A stretch of DNA of 64,000 nucleotides from Savitreella phatthalungensis (Eukaryota), in NCBI GenBank assembly GCA_051599415.1, contig AP039700.1:248001-312000 (forward strand), given 5' to 3'. This document shows, piece after piece, positions 1-10,634 of the stretch. The notes below the pieces were generated by a model that was given only the letters and a program-made list of their open reading frames with translations, ran no database searches and had not been told where the DNA came from. Position numbers and translations under genes: made by a program. The first letter of the stretch is position 1. The number at the start of each line of letters is the position of its first letter.

Positions 1-275
1 GCGTACACGAGCGTCAGTCCAGGGCACGTACCCCAGTGACCGAGTAGTCTAGGCTTGATGTCCGAGTGTCTGAGTTCACGTTCCAGCAGGCTGTTCTCCT
101 TCAGGAAGATCATACTCGCCGCCAGGTAGTTGGCTGCACGCCGGAATGCCACGACGTTGGAAAGCACATCCTTCTCGAGGAAGTCTTTGTGATCGAGCTT
201 GACACTCAGAAGGTCTGCCACTTCCTGAGGTAGGAGAGACCGCTCTGCCTGCGGATTAGGCGTATCTAGGACCAT
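1..275 (-). CDS. xfp: Xylulose-5-phosphate/fructose-6-phosphate phosphoketolase, 5' part (runs off the window's left edge)
   Basis: Not in the ORF track. Manual translation from ATG 275 gives MVLDTPNPQAERSLLPQEVAD...FRRAANYLAASMIFLKENSLLERELRHSDIKPRLLGHWGTCPGLTLVY. The IKPRLLGHWGTCPGL segment is the XFP N-terminal signature. Confidence 0.95.
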   Translation of the reverse strand, partial: MVLDTPNPQAERSLLPQEVADLLSVKLDHKDFLEKDVLSNVVAFRRAANYLAASMIFLKENSLLERELRHSDIKPRLLGHWGTCPGLTLVY

Positions 276-636
276 GCCTGTATTCCAGTGATGGGACACA
301 ACACGATTCAGCTTGACTTGAAGCGACTAGACCTCACCTGTAGACGCCTTGGACAGAGATCCTTCGAGCTTCGAGAATTCTGCGGTTGTCGTTGCAGTGA
401 CTTGGGCGAGGACGTTCGGACGTGAACGTGTTCCCGGATCTCCGAACGAGATCTGATTATACCTGATTGAAGCTTTCAATCCTGATATGACGTCGGTGAC
501 AGAGGTGGGATTTCAATCTGATGACGGTCGATCGTATTTATCCGAGTAGCCGAGATATTGTCTCGTTCAGATTGCAGGCTTGTGACAGGAGCTGTCGATG
601 CCGGGGTGATAGCTCTGTAAAGCCAGCGGTGTCTTG

Positions 637-1968
637 ATGACCAAGAGCTTCAGCCTGATGGGTGAGGACAAGAGGTCGTCAAAGACTGTGCTAGCGGTCA
701 ATGCCGGTAGCTCATCTGTGAAAGCTAGCGTGTTCCGGTGTGCACTGGGAGATGCGGACCCTGAACTCTTGGGAGAATGCTCGGTGTCCGGGTTGACATC
801 GTCTCCGACGACGCTGACACTGAAGCTGGCAGATGGTACAAGTCCTCACGACGGCGAAGAACTGGATGGAGTGTCCTCGCAGGAGGACGCGTTCTCGAAG
901 ATTCTGGATGCCTTGGTGGGGTGCGAGGGACTGTCGTCTGTGAGTGGTGCGGAGTCTGTGGATGTTGTGGTGCACCGGGTGGTACACGGTGGTGACTACA
1001 CGGGCGTCGAGCGCGTCGACAAGTCTACGCTGGCGACGCTTGAGAGGCTATCGAGTCTAGCCCCGCTGCACAACGGTCCTGCGCTGTCGATCGTCAAGGC
1101 GTGCCACACCAATCTGCTCCCACACGCTTCCAACCTCGCCTGCTTCGACACCGCCTTCCACAGAACCATTCCTCCTGCCGTCACGACGTACGCGATTGAT
1201 CGGCAGGTATCTGATCGGCTCAAGCTCCGCAAGTACGGCTTCCATGGGATTTCATATGCATTCATCACCTCTGCTGTTGCGGCGCACTTGGGAAAACCGC
1301 AGGCGGAGGTGAACCTGATCGCGCTACATTTGGGGTCTGGTGCTAGCGCTTGTGTGGTGCGGGCTGGCGAGTCGGTCGATACGACGATGGGGCTGACGCC
1401 GCTTTCCGGGCTGCCAGGGGCGACGCGATCTGGGGATGTGGATCCTGCGCTCGTGTTCCATTACGCTGCGGCCGACGATATCGCAGAGCAGACAGATGCA
1501 CAGGAAGGGCTACATATCACGAAAGCGGAGCAGCTGCTCAATAAAGAAGCAGGCTGGAAAGCGATGACAGGGACATCCGACTTCGGGAAGATTGTGACCG
1601 CTGCAACGGAAGGCGATGACAAACTAGATTCTAAAGCGTGTCAACTTGTGGTCGATATGATGGTTGATAGACTGGCCAAGGTGATCGGTGGGTACTTTGT
1701 GGCTTTAGAGGGCAAGGTGGACGCTCTGGTATTCGCTGGCGGGATTGGCGAGAAGTCTGGGTACTTGAGGTCAAAGGTGGTTGACCGAGTCAGATGTCTC
1801 GGATTCTCAGCAATAAACCCTGACACTGGCGATGGACACAGAGACGATGATCGAGTGGTCAAGACATTAGCAGATCGCATTTTATTAGTGCGTACAGACG
1901 AGCAACTCCAGATGGCTCGAGAGATCTTGCCACTGCTACGCAGCGGTGGAAAGCACGACAAGCAATAG
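637..1968 (+). CDS. ackA: Acetate kinase
   Basis: Motifs VLAVNAGSSSVK, HRVVHGG, LAPLHN, FDTAFH, KYGFHGISY, HLGSGAS, TMGLTPLSG, TRSGDVDP and FAGGIGE. Start is ATG 637 or 658. Confidence 0.97.
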   Translation: MTKSFSLMGEDKRSSKTVLAVNAGSSSVKASVFRCALGDADPELLGECSVSGLTSSPTTLTLKLADGTSPHDGEELDGVSSQEDAFSKILDALVGCEGLSSVSGAESVDVVVHRVVHGGDYTGVERVDKSTLATLERLSSLAPLHNGPALSIVKACHTNLLPHASNLACFDTAFHRTIPPAVTTYAIDRQVSDRLKLRKYGFHGISYAFITSAVAAHLGKPQAEVNLIALHLGSGASACVVRAGESVDTTMGLTPLSGLPGATRSGDVDPALVFHYAAADDIAEQTDAQEGLHITKAEQLLNKEAGWKAMTGTSDFGKIVTAATEGDDKLDSKACQLVVDMMVDRLAKVIGGYFVALEGKVDALVFAGGIGEKSGYLRSKVVDRVRCLGFSAINPDTGDGHRDDDRVVKTLADRILLVRTDEQLQMAREILPLLRSGGKHDKQ

Positions 1969-2172
1969 TGTTTGCAAGATAGACGATCAACGGGTCGTGA
2001 AAATCTATTCGTCTAGTGCTCGATGCGATGCTGTGCTAGCCAGTGCGCCACCGGCGTCGTTACTTATTGTTGGGTGTTTCTTGCGGGATTCAAGAGTCGT
2101 TACTATGATGTTTTCGTGGTCTTTGTTTGGATGTGTGTGTCTGACTAGACGAGATTTTCTCCTGTAGTGTGG

Positions 2173-5100
2173 TTATTCCGTACGCTGACGACCTAGGTCT
2201 GTGTCGGGAATCGATGGCATGTCTGCCTGAACGGTCATGTTGGCTGGGTTGGCAGCTTCAACTGCTGTAGGCGGCAGAGTCTGATGCCAATCTGAACCTT
2301 CCGCTCTGCCAGATGCTGTCTCTGGCGATCTCGTGTGTGGATCGATGAGACCCAGGGCGTTGGCGAGACGCTGATGTGAGATCGAAGGGGGTCTCGACGA
2401 TTCTTCCGGGATGACACTCATATCACGTGCATAGAAGGAGGCGTCTGACGGTCGAGCGTCCCAGGGCGATTGCGGCGCAGCAGATGGAGAGAGAACCTCG
2501 CCAGCTGCCGTTGGTGGTGCAGTGCGTGGCTGGCCAGCGCTGTGCAATGCGCCGAGGTTACCAGTCTGAATCATCGGCTTGTTGAAGACGTGCCTGCGGA
2601 TGGACGCGGACTTGCGCGGCTGCTGGGAAGCTACCGTGCCACTCGAGGCAATGCGTTCCATCCCGTCTCCGTCATTGCTTACTGAGGCCTCTTCATCGGT
2701 GATGTTGGACAAGTTGTTGTGATCACGTCTGCCAATCAGGCGGAAACGGTTCCTCCGTGACTCGACTGACATGGCAGTATTGACTCGACGCACTGAGTCC
2801 AATCGACCCGGTCCTGGTGGCCCATTCGAAGTCTGAGAGTTGGAACGCATACGCGATCGCGACGCCTTGTCCTTCTCTCGGTTGTACTTCTCTTCTGTTC
2901 GACGCTCTTCTGCCTGTTCTGCAACCTCGCGAACGGAGTCGTAGCCACGCTGCTGTGTTTCCTCGAAGAAGTCGTTGGCGTTCGAGGCGGCGAACTCGCA
3001 AGCGCCGAGTGAGTAGTCGACCTGGTTCATATGGTTGGAGACGCTGGTCAGTCTGCCACGACGACGACGGGTGCCTGGTGTCGCATTCTGCGATGGACGT
3101 GGGGCGGTTGTCGTCGGTGCGGGATGCGGTTGCATGCCTCCAAAGCTGGAAGCGTGGTCTTCCGTGTCGACCACCGAATCAGCATAGTCATCCGCCACGG
3201 CTTCCTCCTGGATGTTTGCGAGAGACACACGTCGGCGAAGCTCTGTGTTGCCAGAATCAGACTGTGGCAACCCCGGCACGCCTGCAACATGCTGGAAGCC
3301 TTCCGGCAGCGGACCAGCAGTCGTTCCACCGGGCACTGCTCCGCCCGGAACTGAGCCTCCGGGGACTGCGCCGCCAGGAATGCTGCCACCTGAATAAGGG
3401 TCTGGTTTGCTACCAGTTGGCCCGATACCACCGAAGCCTCCCATGTAATTGACATACATGGGCTTGCTGCCGTTACCTCCAGGCTGGTTGTAGATGTATG
3501 AATCGAGACCAAGACTCTGACAGTTGACCATGAGCGCACACATGAACTTGTTGCGTCGGCCAATACGAAGACCCTCGTTCTGCCAGTTTTGCTTGTGGAA
3601 GAAGATGATGCTCAGCTTGACGCCGAGCAGGTTGGGAATATCTGTGAGCTCCGTGAGGATGTCTGGCTTGTAGTCACGAGGCTCGGACCGGACAAAGTCG
3701 AGCATGCGAGCTCGCAATTGATCGATCAGTTCGATGGAGACGCCGAAGCGGAGTGTGATGGGGACACCCTCAGCAACACCACCAGTACGGCGCATGTTGA
3801 GGATGAAAAGCTGATTCAGAACATTGTTCGGTGCTTGCACGACGCGGCCATCAAGCATGCGGAACTCTGTTGCCAACAGAGAGATCTCCTTGACGATGAC
3901 TGAGGTGACGACACCGTTCATCAGAACATCGCATCGGTCTCCGACATCGAAGGGGTGCTTGACAAAGACAAAGACCACGCTGGCCAGGAATTCTTGAGCG
4001 AGTTGGGAGAACAGCCAAGAAAGTCCGAGGATCGTGGTACCTGCTGAAGTGAGGACGCCTGCAAAGCTGCGAGAGATCAGCGCGACAAAGATGAGGATGA
4101 CGACGATGACGATGGCCACCATGCAAATATCATCAAGCTTGCTCACTGCATGATCGAGATCTTTTAATGACGATGTAATCGCTTTGCGCTCTTTGCCGAT
4201 CTCGACGCAAGCCATCTCCATCTCCTCACATGTTACATCACCGTTGAAGTCTTGATCGAACATGGCGAAGGCGGCGTCTGCTTCCTCGTCGGAATCAAAT
4301 GCGCCGCGCATCTGATCTTGCTTGATCTCCTCGTCCTCGTCTCCATAGTGGTAAGAGTTGTAGAGGCGGCGAGCGAGTGTCTGTGCACCGCTCGTGGTGT
4401 CAAGCAGGGCGAGCACCATCTGACGAGGTGACGTTGAGTGCTCCATGCGCTTGCCGACCATCTCGCCTGTCACCTTTCCGATAGCGTCTCGTGCTGTGTT
4501 TTGCACGACCCTGGCAGCATTGCCGAGCGCGGCGGCCGGCGTCCGCGCACCTGAGTCGGGCTCATCGTACTCTTGTGTATCGACCTCTAGGCGATGCTGT
4601 TCGCGGGAGTACTTGTACAGCTTTGTCAATGAAGCGATATTGAATTTATTGATGACGATGCGATCCTCATACTGTCGCTGGTGGAAGCCGATGGCAACAA
4701 GCTGAATGAGGAACTTTTCGATGAGGTTCAGGACCGTGAAGATGAAGATGGCCAGAATGATGCGATTGAGTGTGGTGATCCATTCCTGCCGGCCGCCACC
4801 TAGCTCTGGGTTCTGGTGGTGCTCGGCGATGGGAAGCCATGAGATGTAGATGGCTAGCCACCAGAAGAAGAGCGTGAAGGCAGTCTCCAAAGCGATCGAT
4901 AGGTCACGCCACTTGATATAGCTGTTTGTGAAAATGGAGAAGAGTGGTCCGACAATGAGCGGGATGATCTTACTTGCGAGCTTACCGGCCCAAAGTGACA
5001 GCCAGATGATCTCCCACCAGACTGCCCACCACTGAAGCTCAATGTTCGCGAGGTAAAGGACCTTGCCATTGATCCTCTTGACGAGCGAGCCGACGAGGAG

Positions 5101-5841
5101 CGGGACGAGGATAATCAGTGTCGGTGGGGTGATGTAGAGGATCCATCTAGTGATCATGCTGAAGTTGTGAACCCACTTGAAGAACTTGCCAATTTTTGTC
5201 AAAGGTTTTCGATTGACGCGTAGCCGTTGCGACATTGGGACGTGCGCTGGATGATCAGCACGTCTATCGAAGCTGTCTCCGTCGTGCTCGCTTGACGTTG
5301 CAAACTTCTCTGAGGGGTTAGTGTCGTCATCGCTACCACCCCTGTTCGGACTGTGCATGGTCTTAGCACGTTGCAGACTGCGCATTCGAGATGCCTCTCG
5401 TTCAGCCGAACGCATGTTCTCGCGGTCCTGCTCGCGGAACGCTTCCAGGCGGGCGCGCGTGGGCGAAAGCATGTCGTAGCGGGAAGCGTCAACTGCCTTG
5501 TCTTCTGCTCCGTGTCGTGACTCTGGTCCGCCATTTGGCCGGATGATGTATCCCTGCATGGCAACCTTGGGATCAAGTGAACCACCACTTGCCTGTCTGC
5601 CATGCGAGCTGAATGCAACCTCGTCCTGGACGTCATAAGATGGCTTTCGGATAGGCTGGCTTTGCTGGCGCTGTTGTTGCCTGGATTCCTGAATGTGTTG
5701 TGGCGCACCAGCAGTGGAATCAGAATCTGTCTGACTGTCTGAGGATGGTCTAGCTTCCTTCTCGCTCTCCTGCTTGATCGGCGTCCGTTGAGCAGGCGAA
5801 TTTGACACTGGCTTTGGCGAGCTGACAGGCGTGACTGCCAT
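2173..5841 (-). CDS. MscS-like mechanosensitive ion channel with EF-hand (fungal Msy1/Msy2 type)
   Basis: Several TM segments, an EF-hand-like loop DQDFNGDVTCEE, and the MscS core FVFVKHPFDVGDR...APNNVL...NMRR. Long disordered termini. First ATG is 5841. Confidence 0.9.
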   Translation of the reverse strand: MAVTPVSSPKPVSNSPAQRTPIKQESEKEARPSSDSQTDSDSTAGAPQHIQESRQQQRQQSQPIRKPSYDVQDEVAFSSHGRQASGGSLDPKVAMQGYIIRPNGGPESRHGAEDKAVDASRYDMLSPTRARLEAFREQDRENMRSAEREASRMRSLQRAKTMHSPNRGGSDDDTNPSEKFATSSEHDGDSFDRRADHPAHVPMSQRLRVNRKPLTKIGKFFKWVHNFSMITRWILYITPPTLIILVPLLVGSLVKRINGKVLYLANIELQWWAVWWEIIWLSLWAGKLASKIIPLIVGPLFSIFTNSYIKWRDLSIALETAFTLFFWWLAIYISWLPIAEHHQNPELGGGRQEWITTLNRIILAIFIFTVLNLIEKFLIQLVAIGFHQRQYEDRIVINKFNIASLTKLYKYSREQHRLEVDTQEYDEPDSGARTPAAALGNAARVVQNTARDAIGKVTGEMVGKRMEHSTSPRQMVLALLDTTSGAQTLARRLYNSYHYGDEDEEIKQDQMRGAFDSDEEADAAFAMFDQDFNGDVTCEEMEMACVEIGKERKAITSSLKDLDHAVSKLDDICMVAIVIVVILIFVALISRSFAGVLTSAGTTILGLSWLFSQLAQEFLASVVFVFVKHPFDVGDRCDVLMNGVVTSVIVKEISLLATEFRMLDGRVVQAPNNVLNQLFILNMRRTGGVAEGVPITLRFGVSIELIDQLRARMLDFVRSEPRDYKPDILTELTDIPNLLGVKLSIIFFHKQNWQNEGLRIGRRNKFMCALMVNCQSLGLDSYIYNQPGGNGSKPMYVNYMGGFGGIGPTGSKPDPYSGGSIPGGAVPGGSVPGGAVPGGTTAGPLPEGFQHVAGVPGLPQSDSGNTELRRRVSLANIQEEAVADDYADSVVDTEDHASSFGGMQPHPAPTTTAPRPSQNATPGTRRRRGRLTSVSNHMNQVDYSLGACEFAASNANDFFEETQQRGYDSVREVAEQAEERRTEEKYNREKDKASRSRMRSNSQTSNGPPGPGRLDSVRRVNTAMSVESRRNRFRLIGRRDHNNLSNITDEEASVSNDGDGMERIASSGTVASQQPRKSASIRRHVFNKPMIQTGNLGALHSAGQPRTAPPTAAGEVLSPSAAPQSPWDARPSDASFYARDMSVIPEESSRPPSISHQRLANALGLIDPHTRSPETASGRAEGSDWHQTLPPTAVEAANPANMTVQADMPSIPDTDLGRQRTE
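3325..3392 (-). repeat. Coding 15-bp tandem repeat (GGSIP/GGAVP/GGSVP/GGAVP/GG) in the channel C-terminal tail
   Basis: Peptide repeat visible in the translation. Confidence 0.7.
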
Positions 5842-7535
5842 GGTGGAGAAAGGGCTCAAGACCAAGCTCTAGGTGTTACAAGTGCTCAGAGATATATAGT
5901 CAAGAGTTTCCCAGCACGCGCGTGAGGATGAAGAGGGAGAATGGACGGATGAGCGAGGGTCTAGAGTCCAAGAACGAGTGTGAGTTTGTCTGTGTGTGTG
6001 TGTTGTGTCGCGGCGGGAAGTCGTTCTCTATAATACACAAGCGAATGAGTTGCTTCTGATAATATGAGCGCGGGAGCCAAGAGTCAATCAGTCGATATTC
6101 AGTGAGGAAGTGTGTACCTTGGCAAGTGTAGTGAAGACGAAGTCAAGGCTGTGTAGTGTTGGATAGGTGTATAATGGGAGGGAGTATGAAGGTGCGTGTA
6201 TGTGTTTGGACTGTATACTGTTGAGGATTGGGTCGGGCGGGAGGTCAGGCTGATCATCGATCGAATTGGCTGGATGCAAGCTGAGCACTGCGATAAATCA
6301 ATTGATATCGCTTCTTTCTGTTCAGATAGGCTGAATGGAAGAATGAGTGAGTGACTGCAGGATAAGATGAATAACTGTGGTATCTTCTCCTGTTCTGGGT
6401 CAAATTATCTCTGACCTTGGTGAGATTGTGTGATTGGCACTGGGAAAAATGAAAAAGCACGGTGACGTGGTTGAGCGATTACGCTTTCACGGCAATTAGC
6501 TTGGATACTCTCGGGCTGTTTTCCAGAACGGGTAGCTAAAAAAATCTCAATCTAAATCGTGTAAACGCCCTTCCCGCCGATGAAGGCGAGTCTCAACCAA
6601 TTTAGCCTGCTTCAGCTCACTAGTCAATCAATCATCCATTCATTGTGGTCTCATCAGTTTAGCCGCGGACGGGACGCTGCAATTGAAATACTCATGCGCA
6701 TGCACACGCGAAACATGATTGATCATGCGCAGGATCCCGACCTTTACTTGGTCCAGGTCAGATATCTGCAGTGCAGATCGCTCGCTTTGGCGCAGGCACC
6801 GTCAATTTCGCTTGGTTAAGAAAAGGATATACACTAAACATTCGTGTCCATGCTTGTACCTCTTGTTAATCATACTGATTCACATGCACATGTCAATGCT
6901 AATGACAAGGTTCACCCGGTCTAATGTCTGACTGCGTTCGAGCGCTATTCTATTTGCTGTTTCACAATCTGTTGAAACTGCATGATCGATTAACATGAAG
7001 GCTTACACGCTTTTTGCCCTCTGATGACCTTAAGTCCATGATCAAACTTCTGACGAAAGTCATGAACAAGCTCATCTCTCATTGATCCAGGCGACAGGGT
7101 CATCGAAGTTATTTGATTGATTTGTCTACCGTATATCTTCCAAAATTCGGATCTCGGTGTGTTCTACCACTAGAAGCTTCCGAGATCTTTCCATATCGGG
7201 ACATCTTCACCGCCACTCCCGTCCTGCTTCTACTTGTTCCCAAATTGCAAATATCACACATTGGGAGGGGAAGGTGAAATAGGGAGTATGACGACATTTT
7301 TTCCAATGTGGATACTTTCCTGTCATGAGCTTACCGATTCCACGGCACTCCATTCTCCATCATTACATCCACGTGCACCATGCCATACTTCGGTACCACC
7401 TCTCCCCCAAAAGCCCCGCCCGCACGCCACCTTCCGTGTCGCCGGAAGTCGACTCGGACGAGGCGACTACCAACACCTCGCTCATCTCGATCAGATACAT
7501 CTCTAACATTTGGAATTGTCTTTTCTACATCCCTA

Positions 7536-10500
7536 CTACATGATTGTGCACTCTGATTCCTTCTTGCTTGCAATTGGGATTCCCATTTCCTCGAACGTCA
7601 GTGCTTGCTTTTTCGCTGGCTGCGAGCTGGTGACTGACAAGGTGTGTGGTGTGTGTGGTGCTGAGATAGGTGGATCATGGAGTTCTGTGTATGACGTGGT
7701 GGAGGAGGATGAAGATGTGGGACAATTGGTGAGTGTGGTTGCTGATGTGGACGGTCTCGATCGGTGATCGTCCTCGACCACACTCGCAATCTCGTACGAC
7801 GTCTGCATGCGCGCGTGTCCGTGGAACGCGTACGCAGACGAGCCACGTCCGTGCCCGTGCCGGCTGGGCGACGGCTGTCGACGACCACCACCGCCATCGG
7901 AAGAGTACACAGAGCTCGAGAGGTCAAAGATCGCGCTCGGCATCAGCTGCTGCTGCTGTTGCTGCATGTGTGTATGTAGGTGATGTGGAGATTGGAGTGG
8001 GGCACGGTGACGAGGCTGGACTTGCCACGCCTGCGACGCGGTGTCGAGTCGGTAAGGTAGGATGTTCGAGACTGAACTCTCCGGTCTCGGCGAGTTCTTG
8101 CCACGGAGTGTGGCAATGTCTGACGGTGCAACGCGCGGTGATAGTTGCTGCGGCGACAGGAGACCTGACATTGAGTCGGCAGTCGCGTCGACGTCCGCTT
8201 CACCGCTCCAGATGTGGACACGCGACATGTCTGTCATCGGTAATCGAAGCTCTTTCTTCCCATCAACTGCGTCTGCCTCTCGTCCTGGTGGAGACCCTTC
8301 CATCAGTCGTGCCAGCGTGTCTGCCCGCGCGCGATCTCGTTCGCGATCTGCAGCAGAGTCAGAACGCGGTCGAGCTGCAGGATGTTGGAACTCTGATCTG
8401 TTGCGCCTGTGTTCACGCAGGAGGGTCTGCGGAACTGGCAGTGGTCGAGCCTCATCGATCGAGTCCAGTGTTCCGACGACCTTGTAGGGATTGCCTTGTG
8501 CTTGCGCGAACCCGGAGATGCTCATTTGCGCCCGATGACGGATTCTGCCAGCAGCGCGTGCGCTCATGCGCAACGTTCGGCGCCGCTCGTGAATCTTCGA
8601 CTCGATATGTTCCTCGTGTTCCTTTCTTGTGAGCGTCAGACTCCGCGATAGACCCTCCAGACGCTCGTTTGCCTCCGAGGACCCGTTCTTCGCCGCCAAA
8701 GCATACCACCTGTGCGCCAGATGGGTGCTCTGCTCACAGGCGATTCCTACCTCTGCGAAGTAGCCAAGGGCAAATTGGGCGCTCGGCAAGTGTCTGAGGG
8801 CCGCGAGCTCTGCATGTACAAGCGCACCGTGCTCGTCCTTTGCCACAGAGCCATCGTCCGATCCAGCAAGAAGCCACTTGCTGACTGCGAGATCGGCGTG
8901 CTCGTCGCCTTGCTCCGCTGCGAGCCCATACATTTCAAGCGAAAGCAGGGCATCGAGCGGCAGATCAAGTTCTGCCTCTTCGTAAGCCTTGCCTAGCCGT
9001 GTCTGCGCACCTGCGTGGCCGAGCTGAGCTGCTCGCGCTAAGAACGCGACCGCGCCGTCGAGGTCTCGGGGGAGCTCGCTCTCATTCACATCGAATCGTG
9101 TCTCGCCTGCGAGCAGTAATCCGAACAGGTATGCTCCCTGTGGCGCCTCGTGATCAGCAGCGAGCGCTGCGAGGTGTATACAGGCGAGCGCCTTATCAAC
9201 ATCCCGAAGGAAACCGGCTTCACGGGAAAGCATCATCGTCGCAAGCTTGCAGAGGCAGGCGGCGTCATCGTGAGCAGCGCCACGCTCGAAGCACGTCCGG
9301 GCTCGTGTCAAATCACCTGCACGCTCATAGTTCAGGCCGAGGCGGTAGTGTGCACGAGCATACCCGAGAGCGGCTGCAGTCTTGTAGCACCGAATAGCCT
9401 CAGAGCCGTTGTGCGTGTAGCCGTTGACGCCAAATTCGTTCAGGGTTCCCGAGATGTAGAGAGCTCGTGCGTTGTTGAGATGCACAAGCCGGACGACGAT
9501 GTCCAGTGCGTCTTGTTGCAAATCTGCATCGCCGGCGTGCTTTGAACTTGGCAGCGGGCGGCTCTCAGTAGCCATTGTCTGGCGTTGGGCAGCATCGAGC
9601 TGGCGTTGTCGACGCTGGCGCTGATGTACTAGCCGTAATGCCTCTGCCGCCCACTCGAGCTGCGTCTCATGATCATCCTCTGCATCGAGCACTGAGCATC
9701 GGGATTTATGCAGTCGCGCCACATTCGATGCAGTATCCTTGTTGTCCGCTGCAAAGTTGAGCAGTGCCTGCGATTCAGATCGACGGTGCTTCGGGGAAGA
9801 CACCGGTACTAACACCTGTTCTGGTGCTAAAGTAGGCTCCTGCAAAGGACTGGCTTGGCGCTTCGGGGTCAGTGGAGTCGTGTCGAATGTTGGTGAGGCA
9901 GCTGCGGATCTGGACGGTGGCGGAATTTCAAGGGAAAGGATCTTGAGCTTTGCTACTGCAGTGTCGGCTTCATCGTCTCCTCCAGAGTAGTCCACAGGTT
10001 TCCGTCTCGGTGACACAGAGCGGGATGAGGCTGGACTCGGGACCTTCTGGAGAGCGTGAGTCAAGACCTCGTGGCGTGTAGGTGACATGCTCTGAGCTGC
10101 GCGTGTATGTCCTCGTCTCGCAAGTAGCAACGAGGCAGGAGATTGGTCAGCTTTGGCGACTTGAATGCGCTCATATGATTCTGCTTGCACAGGAGCAACG
10201 CTTGGAGACTCAGCCTCCTCGTTCTTGTCGAGCTTCTCTGATTCATGTTTGCGAGCGACCTCCAAAATCCCGAAGCGAGGAATGTTCTCCCTTATCGAAG
10301 AGTCTGCTGCGGATGATGCGAGTGGAGATCTTGCTATTGCGAGTCGTTCAACTTCGAGTGCTTTGAATTTTGCTAGATCGAGAGATTGTGTTGCTTTATG
10401 ATGACCCTGACGAACGCGGGCTAAGCCAGACTTGTTTGATCCTCGCTCAGGACTTTTCCTAGGAATCAAAGGTGTTGTGACCCAGTTGCCGTGTAAGGAG

Positions 10501-10634
10501 GTGCTAGATGGAGAGAAAGAGGGTGAGGATGTTGCTGCTACTGCTGCAGAGGCCGTAGGGATATCGGATGAAGCGGCTTTGGCCATGAAATTGTTCTCCG
10601 CCATGCGTGGAGGCGTTTGCTGCACCTTTGCCAT
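7536..10634 (-). CDS. CHS4: Sel1-repeat chitin synthase activator (Chs4/Skt5 family), prenylated
   Basis: Tandem Sel1-like repeats (AHYRLGLNYE, AQTRLGKAYE, AQFALGYFAEVGI) and the family segment LSRSLTLTRKEHE. C-terminus FEEMGIP...KKESECTIM ends in a CaaX box. First ATG is 10634; an upstream exon is possible. Confidence 0.88.
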   Translation of the reverse strand: MAKVQQTPPRMAENNFMAKAASSDIPTASAAVAATSSPSFSPSSTSLHGNWVTTPLIPRKSPERGSNKSGLARVRQGHHKATQSLDLAKFKALEVERLAIARSPLASSAADSSIRENIPRFGILEVARKHESEKLDKNEEAESPSVAPVQAESYERIQVAKADQSPASLLLARRGHTRAAQSMSPTRHEVLTHALQKVPSPASSRSVSPRRKPVDYSGGDDEADTAVAKLKILSLEIPPPSRSAAASPTFDTTPLTPKRQASPLQEPTLAPEQVLVPVSSPKHRRSESQALLNFAADNKDTASNVARLHKSRCSVLDAEDDHETQLEWAAEALRLVHQRQRRQRQLDAAQRQTMATESRPLPSSKHAGDADLQQDALDIVVRLVHLNNARALYISGTLNEFGVNGYTHNGSEAIRCYKTAAALGYARAHYRLGLNYERAGDLTRARTCFERGAAHDDAACLCKLATMMLSREAGFLRDVDKALACIHLAALAADHEAPQGAYLFGLLLAGETRFDVNESELPRDLDGAVAFLARAAQLGHAGAQTRLGKAYEEAELDLPLDALLSLEMYGLAAEQGDEHADLAVSKWLLAGSDDGSVAKDEHGALVHAELAALRHLPSAQFALGYFAEVGIACEQSTHLAHRWYALAAKNGSSEANERLEGLSRSLTLTRKEHEEHIESKIHERRRTLRMSARAAGRIRHRAQMSISGFAQAQGNPYKVVGTLDSIDEARPLPVPQTLLREHRRNRSEFQHPAARPRSDSAADRERDRARADTLARLMEGSPPGREADAVDGKKELRLPMTDMSRVHIWSGEADVDATADSMSGLLSPQQLSPRVAPSDIATLRGKNSPRPESSVSNILPYRLDTASQAWQVQPRHRAPLQSPHHLHTHMQQQQQQLMPSAIFDLSSSVYSSDGGGGRRQPSPSRHGHGRGSSAYAFHGHARMQTSYEIASVVEDDHRSRPSTSATTLTNCPTSSSSSTTSYTELHDPPISAPHTPHTLSVTSSQPAKKQALTFEEMGIPIASKKESECTIM

